From Lama glama (lineage: Eukaryota), in contig CM052816.1 of the NCBI GenBank assembly GCA_028534125.1, positions 8,496,001 through 8,560,000 on the forward strand: 64,000 nt of DNA, in the 5' to 3' direction. Shown one piece after another: positions 56,201 through 64,000 of this stretch. The position numbers and the translations under genes were made by a program. Every line of letters starts with the position of its first letter. Position 1 is the stretch's first letter. A model generated the notes under the pieces. It was not told the DNA's origin and did no database searches. It saw only the letters and a program-made list of their open reading frames with translations.

Positions 56201-56760
56201 CAGGAGGCCGGCAAACTGGGCTTGAATCTAGCTCAGCTACTGACGTGGTAAATCACCCTAGGCACATGACCTAACTTCTCCAAGCCTCAGTTTCCTCATC
56301 TATAAAATGGGGGAAATAATCGCACCTGCTTCACAGGTAGGGGATGAGAATTCAGTGATAATACAGGGAAGGGAAACCCTGGACCCACAGCCTGGTGAGG
56401 GGGCGAGAGCCGCCCAACGTCAAGTTCAGACTCAGGGCAAGAGACAGGGTCCCAGGAGCTTTGCTGGCAGAAGAGACTTCTTTGCATGAGCAAGTGCAGA
56501 AGAAGGTGGCTCGGGGCAGGGTCGGGCTTTCAGGGCCAGAGAGAGGCATGGCGAGGCAGGAGGCGGTGAGGACCAGGACGACGTACCTGGAAGAGCTCCG
56601 AGTCGTCGGGGCTGTACTGGCTGGGTTCAATCTCAGAGTTCTCCGGGCACCACTGCAGCTCCTCAAAGCAGGTAGCAGAGTCAAAGTCGCTGGCGTCCAG
56701 CTGGGAGAGGTCGAGCTCCGGAAAGTCAGCGCACAGTTGCTCCTCCCCGGACCCCCCACC
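31447..56760 (-). CDS. PPARGC1B: PPARGC1B (PGC-1beta), multi-exon span of exons 2-12; 5'-partial, exon 1 outside window
   Basis: Spliced translation gives the acidic activation domain, LQKLL and LRELL LXXLL motifs, GLTPPTTPP, the DHDY HCF-binding motif (41021-41032), Glu-rich tracts, the RRM and the C-terminus [16 protein letters not shown]. Confidence 0.97.
32440..32800. promoter_or_regulatory. Intragenic CpG-rich island over PPARGC1B exon 11
   Basis: Very dense CpG and GC compared with the flanks. Confidence 0.65.
32478..32632 (-). CDS. PPARGC1B: PPARGC1B exon 11 (155 nt), C-terminal half of the RRM
   Basis: ccgcag|AGGCGG...ACTACG|gtgagt; [51 protein letters not shown]. Confidence 0.95.
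33805..34500 (-). mobile_element. L1MA/MB 3' fragment
   Basis: Antisense L1 3'UTR and ORF2 end (ACCCAGAAGAAGAATTGCTGGATCAAATGGTAATTCTATG...CATTCCCACCAG). Confidence 0.85.
35234..35355 (-). CDS. PPARGC1B: PPARGC1B exon 10 (122 nt), N-terminal half of the RRM
   Basis: gggcag|GGCGAA...CAAGAG|gtgagt; [40 protein letters not shown]. Confidence 0.95.
37448..37523 (-). CDS. PPARGC1B: PPARGC1B exon 9 (76 nt)
   Basis: tgacag|ATGTGG...GCCATT|gtaagt; [25 protein letters not shown]. Confidence 0.94.
39350..39525. mobile_element. MER5A-like DNA transposon remnant
   Basis: GGGAACTTATTAGAAATGCAAATT...CCAGACCTAC...GGGGCCCAG...AACAAGCCCTCCGGGTGACTCTG. Confidence 0.7.
39946..40145. mobile_element. MER8/Tigger2-family MITE (TcMar-Tigger)
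   Basis: Terminal inverted repeats GTTGACCCTTGAAC ... GTTCAAGGGTCAACTG followed by TA. Confidence 0.8.
40497..41295 (-). CDS. PPARGC1B: PPARGC1B exon 8 (799 nt)
   Basis: gggtag|GACTCA...TTCAG|gtatag; [11 protein letters not shown]...[12 protein letters not shown]...[23 protein letters not shown]. Confidence 0.95.
42446..42519 (-). CDS. PPARGC1B: PPARGC1B exon 7 (74 nt using the nearest available AG)
   Basis: ccctag|CCCCACCGGTGAC...CGGCAG|gtgagc; [24 protein letters not shown](G). Confidence 0.85.
42990..43026 (-). CDS. PPARGC1B: PPARGC1B exon 6 (37 nt micro-exon)
   Basis: ttttcag|ACTCTC...ACAAAG|gtagct; (D)[11 protein letters not shown](S); its phases bridge exons 5 and 7. Confidence 0.92.
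43873..44998 (-). CDS. PPARGC1B: PPARGC1B exon 5 (1126 nt)
   Basis: ctccag|ATGGAC...TCCAGAG|gtagtc; MDSTQDKK...[14 protein letters not shown]...[20 protein letters not shown]...poly-Glu...[12 protein letters not shown]. Confidence 0.95.
44225..44281 (-). repeat. PPARGC1B: Coding GAG/GAA repeat (poly-Glu tract of PGC-1beta)
   Basis: (TCC/TTC)n on the plus strand, translating as a Glu run interrupted by one Lys. Confidence 0.9.
45310..45545 (+). mobile_element. L1MB-like 3' terminus
   Basis: ATTAGTGGTTGCCTGGGGCTGGG...GATGGAAATGTTCTAAAACTGGATTGTGG...AAAGCTGTTAAAAA plus A-rich tail. Confidence 0.75.
46341..46546. mobile_element. Second MER8/Tigger2-family MITE, opposite orientation to the one at 39946
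   Basis: TA|CAGTTCATTCTTGAACAAC ... GTTCAAGGGTCAGCTG; internal sequence is the reverse complement of the first copy. Confidence 0.8.
46753..46869 (-). CDS. PPARGC1B: PPARGC1B exon 4 (117 nt), carries the LQKLL LXXLL motif
   Basis: ccacag|CTGCAG...GTCAAG|gtattt; [39 protein letters not shown]. Confidence 0.95.
47419..47442. repeat. (TA)12 microsatellite
   Basis: Perfect dinucleotide run. Confidence 0.9.
48570..48790. mobile_element. MIR SINE (representative; many more MIR/L2 fragments, e.g. ~12540, 13400, 38200, 51550, 55050, 56200, 57830)
   Basis: GCATTTATTGAG...GTGCCAAGCAC...ACTATTATTAACCCCA...GAAGCTGAG...ATTCAAACTCAGG core. Confidence 0.7.
49300..49850 (+). mobile_element. L1ME-like 3' fragment
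   Basis: TTGCTGGTGGAAGT...GACCCAG...GGGGACTGGTTAAA...GAAAAGCAAG...CAGAACAGTGTAT. Confidence 0.6.
50108..50323 (-). CDS. PPARGC1B: PPARGC1B exon 3 (216 nt)
   Basis: ttcaag|ATAATC...TCGCTG|gtaaga; [31 protein letters not shown]...EVDELSL. Confidence 0.92.
56587..56760 (-). CDS. PPARGC1B: PPARGC1B exon 2 (174 nt)
   Basis: cctcag|GGTGGG...TTCCAG|gtacgt; [58 protein letters not shown]. Confidence 0.96.
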
Positions 56761-58027
56761 CTGAGGAGACAGGAAGGAAGGAGGTGGGTCAGAGCTGAGC
56801 TTGGCTAGACCCAAGCAGGGACTCTTTTACTCATGATGCTGCCAGTCTGGACACCTGGCTACCTTTGTCCAAGGCCCAATTTTGCCAAGTGAAATGTAAA
56901 GATTGGCCTCACCCACTTGCAAATGTCGAATCTACCAGGTGGTAAGTCAGGTCCTAGCAGTACAAATCCTCCTGCCTGCTGCTCTCTCCCCTCCTCCCCT
57001 GCACTCCTATACATCCCTCAAAGCCCTGCCCACGTAGCACCTCTTTTCTTTTACCAGAAACGTTTTGTTGACAACTTTATTACAACCTGTAAATGGATAT
57101 CTACTCCTTTATATTACTGCTCCCACATGAAATGGGACTTCTGGAAGGCAACAATCCCTCTATATTAAAAATGAAACAGCAAAAAGCAATAATAACAAGG
57201 GCTGACATCACTGAGTGATTGCTATGTTCTAGAAAAACTCACCAATGTTCCCAGGAATATCTGTAATGTCTACAGTGTGGAAGCCCACCTATTGGTAGAT
57301 AACAGGTAAATAAAACTCCAATCACCTGTACCATGGAATACTACGCGCTGCTGAAAAGAACGAGGCAGCTGTGTAAGTTCTCCGTGACACTACACTGCAG
57401 AGTGTCAGCAGGTAAAATATTATCCCACATGTGAAAGAGAATGAGGCTCAAGCTGCACATTCCTCCCGATAGTATGGATGAGAATATCGTGCAAACACAC
57501 AGGAAGAGGTCTAGGAGGCCCTAAACCAGTGGTGGGGGCGCAGGAGGGAGTCATGGGGGACTCTGCTAACAGCACCAACTGAATCCGAGCTACTCCAAGT
57601 GTGGTCCCAGGACGGGCAGTGTCAGCAGCACCCGGGAACCTGTTAGAAATCATGCAGATTCTCAGGCCTCACCCCAGACTTACTGACTCAGAAGGCGACC
57701 CCCTCCTCACCCTGGTCTCCCGAGTTCAACAGTTACCAATAGAAAGGCTACCTTGCAGAGTCAGAAATAGCCCCGGCTGGGAGGCTGACATAGAAACAGA
57801 ACACCACAGACACTGGGGGACGGCAGACCTGAGTCATGGTCCCCACTCACCAGCTATGAAACCGGGCAAGTCCCTTCACCTCTCTGAAGCTCAACTGTCT
57901 CATCTGTAAAATGGGACACCACCACCTGCTTCATACAGTTCATATTAAATGCGGCAATGCTCTAGCCTGGCTTGATAAGGGCTCAATAAATGGTAGAGAG
58001 TAGTAATGACAAATAAAAAGTACTAAT

Positions 58028-58135
58028 GGGGGAGCAGGGGAAACAGCTCTGTGGAGAGCGCATGCTTCGCAGGCATAAGGTCCTGGGTTCAATCCCCAGT
58101 ACCTCCAAGCAAAAATGATAATAACAATCAAAACA
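58028..58135 (+). mobile_element. tRNA-Ala-derived SINE, camelid Vic-1-like
   Basis: 58037-58107 resembles tRNA-Ala (GAGCGCATGCTTCGCA...B box GGTTCAATCC...CTCCA) with a degenerate A box, G-rich leader and A-rich tail. Confidence 0.75.
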
Positions 58136-58639
58136 ACAGAGTTTCATGGCAGGCAGAGATGGGTGGAACCTCCTTAGAGAACAGAAACAGGTCTGTGTGA
58201 CACTTAAGAGAAATAGGTTTTGCCCAGGCCTTTTCCTTAATTGTTCCCACTTACTAGGCCTCATAAATTATGAATAAATGTATATTATTAGCTCAACTTG
58301 ACACAGGAAAAAGGTTTTTATCCGAATTTGGGTCAAATGTCTTAATTGGCGTTTTGCAAAAATCCTGCACACACGGGCAGCGCCAGGGCTGGGTTCTCCC
58401 AAGTGGCCAGTCCCTGCTCTCAGGCCAGCAGCATGGTACCCAGCGAGCCTGTCTCTAGGGACACCCCCGACCCTGCCTACCTGCCCCCTAGCTGCCCGCT
58501 TTCTCCAACCCACATGTGTTCAACATCCATGAATATTAAGCACTGTGTCACTCGGGTGAGGATTCGCAGCGCCTCCTGGGGCATCCCTCCTCCCCTGCCC
58601 AGGGGAACGGTGCAATGCAGTGGTTTTGCCCGCTCTGGA

Positions 58640-58895
58640 GAGATGACGGTTTGTTTCGAGTTTCTGACTGTGATGAATAAGGCTGTAATATCTGTGTACA
58701 AGTCTTTGTGTGGACATGTTTTTATTTTTCCTTGGTAAATATCTTGGAGTAGAATTGCTGGTCACATGCTAAGTGTATACACGACTTTATAAAAACCACC
58801 AAATTGCTCTCCCAAGTGGCTGTATGGGAGTTGCAACTGCTCTGTGCCCACACCAGCACTTGGTACTGTCAGCCATTTAAATCTGAGCCATCCAT
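58640..58895 (-). mobile_element. L1M fragment, followed by an antisense L2 fragment (~58905-59400)
   Basis: GTACAAGTCTTTGTGTGGACATG...GGAGTAGAATTGCTGG. Confidence 0.65.
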
Positions 58896-60486
58896 GATGC
58901 CTGCAGGCATTTATTAAACGTTACTATGAGCCAGGCGCTGCGACGTGTAAGACTCAGCTCTCTCCTTCATGAGTTAACATCTAAGTGGGAGAAGAAAACA
59001 CATAAATATTTCATGACACACTCTGTTAGTACCATGAAGGAACCAAACAAAAGGTGCACTGATGGAGGACAAGAGAGGGAGGGGAATCTACTTAGATGGG
59101 GGTCATGAAAGGCTTCCTGAAGGAGCTGACGTCTGATCTGAGACCTGAAGGAGGAGCCAGGCAGTGGAAGATGCGGAGAAGGTTCCAGGCAGAGAGGACC
59201 CAGCAAAGGCAAAGATCCAGGTGGGGACCAAGCCTAGAGCAGGGCGCACTGACCAAAGGCCAGTGAGGCTGCAGCCCAGTGAGCGAGCGGTGGAAGGGAG
59301 AAGAGAGAGGCAGGTAGAGGCCAGAACAGGTAGGGATGGAAGGGATTTTTGGTTTTACACCAAGTGTGATGGGAGTAGGGCCAGTGTCAAAGCAGGCAGA
59401 TGGGTTAAGTCAGTGTAGCATCCAGGAGAGGGGCAGGCAGTGGGGCTGGGAGGACACCACTGGAGGCATGTGGAGCAGGAGGGAGAGCCAGAAGCAGAGA
59501 CACGAGGATGCCGGGAAGCTGGGGCCCCCCTGACCAGCAAAGCCCCCAGCTCCAAGCAATCTGGGGAGCTCTTTCTATTTGTTCCGGATCCTGCTCATTC
59601 TTGTATCTTAGAGCAGCCACCTCTGTAGGACCTGCTTCTTGAGTCTCAGAAACAAATTTTAAATTGGAGTTCCAGAACCCAAGACTGGCCAAGAACTCAG
59701 CAGCGCTGAGAGGCTGTCCAGGCAAGTGGTTATGGACCATTTGGTAGACAGAGGCCCCGCCAAGAACCAGATAAAAGTTATGGACATGTGTGCACAATGC
59801 ATGTGTGTGCAAGGAATTTAGGCTTAACCTCTAGGCCTTCACAGACACAGCTAAGAACTCCCGACCTGCTTGGTCCACCTCCTTCACTTTGCACATAAGG
59901 AAACTGAGGCCCGAGGAAGATAATGGATTTGCTCAGGGTCATCCACTGACTGTTCTTCCCGTCAAAGCCAGGCCACCTCCTTCACAAAACACTCATAAAG
60001 CCAAGTGGTCATGACTACTGCACTACTGATTACCCAGAGCAGCTCCACACTCTCACTTTGTACCCACTTTGACATAAAATAAAGGACATAAAAATAAAGA
60101 AACCTCAGCCTGCAGCCTTGTCGATTATGGCTGAGGCCACTCTCAAGCTAAAACCCATTAAGCACTGCATTAATAGTGATTTCGCTGGCCTTCTCCTTAT
60201 CTACAGAGACTTTTGAAGGGGTGCCTCGGGTGACCCAGTTCTCTTAGAAAGGTCTGACTTGAAGCCTTCTAGCTCTGTCCCGGCCACCTCCCGCAGGCCC
60301 CACCAGTGGAGCAGCGAGGTCACAGCCCAGGCTAAGCCACTGCTATTACTAGGCACTTTCTATATGCCAGGAGCCACGCTAAGTGCCTGATATGCATCCT
60401 CTCATCACATTTTTATAATAACGCTGCAGGGCACGTGTCACTGTCCCCATGTTACTAATCAGGCAACTCAGAGTTCCAGTAGCTTG

Positions 60487-60816
60487 CATCAGTTTGCCGG
60501 TGCCACCGTGACACAGCGCACAGAACAACAACAGTCTGAGATCAAGATGCTGGCAGGGGTGGCTCCTTCTGAGGCCTCTCTGGCTGGTTTGCGGATGGCT
60601 GTCTTCTCCCTGCGCCTGTTGCCAGCCAGCATCTCCCCTCCATGCGAGCTTGTCTGTGTCCAAATTTCCCCTTCGATGAGGGGCCACCCTATTGACCTCA
60701 TTTTAACTTGATGACCTCTCCAAAGACCCTACCTCCAAATAAGGTTGCATTCTGAGGTACTGGGGTTTAGGACTACAAAATATCTTTTTTTTTCAGACAC
60801 AATTCAACCCCTAATA
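60487..60816 (-). mobile_element. MLT1-type MaLR LTR
   Basis: GTCTGAGATCAAGATGCTGGCAGG...TCCAAATAAGG...TTCTGAGGTACTGGGG...ACACAATTCAACCC. Confidence 0.8.
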
Positions 60817-62639
60817 CCCAGGATCCCAGAAAGGTGAAGTTGAGATTCAAACTCCAAGTCTCTTCGCTCCTACAAAGCCTGTGCAATCGTCTGACATCCT
60901 GCTTCTGAAAGTGAGAAGGAACGTTCCCATTTATTCCCATTTACAGATGAGGAGACAGAGCTTTGGAAAAGGTCTGCGAAAGACCCAAGTTTGTGGCTGA
61001 GCAGGGACAGGACTGGGGCCACATGTGCTGTGTGTGCACCAGCTCCATGTGGCCCCCACCACAAGTCTGCCTACATCCCTGTCGTGGGGTCCCCCACTCT
61101 GGCTGCTGAGCCTTCTGTATCCATTCCTCCAGCAACACCACACCCCTGGTCTGAAGGGGCTGTGGCTGCCCCAGGCCAGGCAGATAAAGGCTCCTGGCAG
61201 TGGATTAATGGTGCTTCGTCCAGATTCACATAAGTGGCTTCACTGTGTATCTTGTCGGAAATCAATTCCTTGTTAAGAAAGAATGCAACTTCAGGAAAAA
61301 TTGGCAGTTCCACTTTCCTGACTACAATCAGCAAATCGCCTAGCTCAGTGTCTGGCCCAGAGCACATTCTCAGAGTTACTGAGTAGAAGGAAGCAGGCGC
61401 GGGGAGGGGTGGCGGCACTAATAGAACCTGTGCTGGGCCAGCCCGTACGTAGCCACTCTGCATCCTTCAAGGGGTCACCTCCCCTCTCTGGTGCTCACTG
61501 ACCCCTCCAGAAAAGAGAACATCAAACAGACAGACCCAAAGGAACATTCTTGCTCAAGTATTGATACAATTAATTCTGTACGTACTTAGTTTCTGAGATC
61601 CACATAAACTTTGGCGGAACATTTAGGTAGAATAAATGAATGGATTGACAGAGGGGGAGACAAAGGTGCAGAGAGAAGGTCTTTCTTGGCATGGAAAGAG
61701 GCCTGGACAAGAAGACAAAGGGCTGGGCCTGGCTTGGCTAATACCAATCCTTTCGGATCAGGACCTAACTTTTGCTGCCTCAGTTTCTATTGACAAAATG
61801 GGGATTAAAAAGAAACCTACCTCACAGTGTTCTTACAAAGATAAAATGACAGAGGACAGGAGCCTGGCACGAGTCAGACACCCCATGAATGGCGGTCACA
61901 AATACAGCATGTATAGGTGGCATTCACAGCTACGGTCTCATTGGTACCCTCCTAAGATGCAGGAATTGGGCAGTGGTCAATGTCCCCACCTGACTAATGG
62001 GAAAGTGGGGCCCCTCAGAGGGTCAGTGCTTCATGAACTCATCTTCTGACCCATCCCCTCAGTCCTAAACCTACTGGCTCCCTCAGTCCTGTGTTCTTTA
62101 ACCTCCACCAGCTCCCGGTCCAGCATTAACACTGCTCGTAGTTCCTCTGGGAGGAATGATCTTGCCCTAACAGCCAGACCATGCTGGCTCTCTCCGGGCT
62201 GGCCCAGGAGGGCAGGGAACAGGGCCCCCACCCAGGCCTCCAAACTTCTGGACCACCATCTTGTCTACCTTGGACACCTTCTCTACTGCCAGTGTGGAGC
62301 CTCTTCCACCGACAAGAAGTTGTATTTGATGGTTTGGGGCAAGTTATCCCTTTTAAATTATTCTCAGGAATGCCTAGACTGGCCAGGAGATCTGCCAGGG
62401 TGGCAGGTACCTGGCACTGGGGTCACATTTCCCGCCTCCGTAACCATGGCTGATACCACTAACCGGTCATGGCTCTGCTTCCTGCTGAGCCCTGAGCCTT
62501 CTCAGCACGGAGCCTTAGCAGCCACTGCTAACCCAAGAGATCCAGCCTGGTCTAGACCTGTGACCCTGTGCCTCCACTTGCCTTCTAGGAAGGAAGTAAA
62601 GTAAGTACTCAGGAAGTCCCCGCAAAGCCATTTCATTAT

Positions 62640-63122
62640 ACAAGTGTTTTCTATTTTCTCCTCCCACCCACTTCCCTTCTTAATGGTGGCAGCCCCCTGA
62701 TTTTTCTTGGGGAAGCCATCCCTCCCGTCCACCCAGACAGTGCAGGTAAGCACAGTCTGGCTAATTAAAGGGCCTCATCCTAGTGACCACAGCAACTGGT
62801 TCAGGCGTGGATCAGAGTAAACACCAGGAATTTGCTGGTGCATTTGGACAAGGGTGCTCGGCTGGTTGATTAATTGTGGAGAGGCTGACAGCCATCTCTG
62901 CCTCTCCTTGGGAAGTCTGCCTGACAATGAAGAGGCATGGGGAATGTAGGGCCAAGAAGCAGAGAGATGCAGTCCCCCAAAATAAGTTAAACACTTGGAT
63001 CCAGCTGTGTGAAGCCAGTCTATTCCCTGTACTCCACAGTAATGTGAGTGAATAAGTTCCCTTTCCAGATTACATACCAGTTGGAGTTTGTCACCTACCA
63101 ATGAAAAAGTTATGACTGATTC
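62640..63122 (+). mobile_element. Old MLT1 (J/K/L-like) LTR
   Basis: CAGCCATC...GAAGTCTGCCTGA...GGATCCAGCTGTG...GAATAAGTTCCCTTT...TTTGTCAC...TGACTGAT. Confidence 0.6.
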
Positions 63123-64000
63123 ATCTCCATACATTAAAAAAAAAAAAGTCTAACCTTCCCATAGTCTTTCAAATTAGTACAAAACTCCTAAAGAGGCTTC
63201 CAGGAGAATAGTAGGAAAAGTAATTGATTTTAGTCCCCACAGAAATACTACAGCATTCTCTGAAATAAGATTAGGAGTCACAGACACAAAGTTAAGCTCT
63301 AGCAAGAATAAGTAGAAAATGCAGGGACTCTGAGCTCAGCCTGAAAGAACAAAACACCCTGAGCTTAGAGATAAATCTGACGATTGAAAGGATCTCTCCC
63401 CAAAACACTCAAGGCTAAGCACCTCAAAAGGTCATCTGAGGTGCCTTCCACACAGAAGCGTTGGCCCCAGGTCCGCTGAGCACAAACTCAGTGATGCTCG
63501 GCCCTTTGCAGTGGAGCCCCGAGCCCCAGTCAGGCAGCTGCCTGCTCAGCGCCTGGTGTAAGGTGATCCGTCTGACAGAAGGTCACCAGGTCTGGCGAGA
63601 GTGGGTCCTCCAGCCCAGAGAGCAAAATGGGTCCAGCACTCAGAACTGGGCTACAAGGCCAGGCCACACCCAGCCAACCAGGGAGGACGACCAGTTGCCA
63701 GTGACCATGGGACGGCAGCTCTGTGCAGTAGGTGGGACAAGAGGATGGAGGAAGTTGGGTTCCTGATACTGTGATGTGCCAGTCGGCCCTGGGACACCTG
63801 CCTCAGGATGTGAGGGAGGACTCGACTTGGAGCTTGTTGAATTTTTTGTCATTTTAGGTGGTTTTCTGTTACTTGCCAGCAAACCTCTTCCTAACCAGGC
63901 CCTTTCAGGTCTTTGGTACAACAGACGTTCCTCTAACCAGCCAGCAGGGTCAGCCAAAACTCTCCATCTCCTCCTGTAACAATGCCCATCGCTAAGGTCC

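Noticed and set aside
58037..58107. Functional tRNA-Ala(CGC) gene
   Set aside because: Degenerate A box and stems, SINE-type leader and A-rich tail.
56761..64000. miR-378 hairpin or PPARGC1B exon 1
   Set aside because: miR-378 is hosted in intron 1 near exon 1; I found neither the mature sequence nor a promoter CpG island here, and only the 3' end of intron 1 is in the window.

Overview
Mammalian genomic DNA, probably a camelid judging from a tRNA-Ala-derived Vic-1-like SINE and a cetartiodactyl-type L1 3' end. It holds two convergent, tail-to-tail genes. On + is the 3' part of PDE6A (rod cGMP phosphodiesterase alpha): exons 6-14 and 20-22 by human numbering, ending in the CAAX box CCIQ; exons 15-19 are missing and coincide with a 500-N assembly gap. 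On - is PPARGC1B (PGC-1beta): exons 2-12 plus a ~7.4 kb 3'UTR; exon 1 lies beyond the right edge. Exon boundaries were read from GT/AG signals and phase continuity. Comparisons with human and mouse proteins and repeat family names come from memory and were not computed. I see no wholly new biological system. The best leads are: (1) a poly(A)-tailed retroposed sequence beside the PDE6A exon 6 donor whose target-site duplication may have copied the donor; (2) a burst of AT-to-GC amino-acid changes in the PGC-1beta RRM exon; (3) shifted splice acceptors in both genes; (4) a convergent set of CTCF-like motifs; (5) inverted MER8-like elements around PPARGC1B exons 5-8; (6) let-7, miR-30 and Pumilio sites plus alternative polyadenylation in the 3'UTR.
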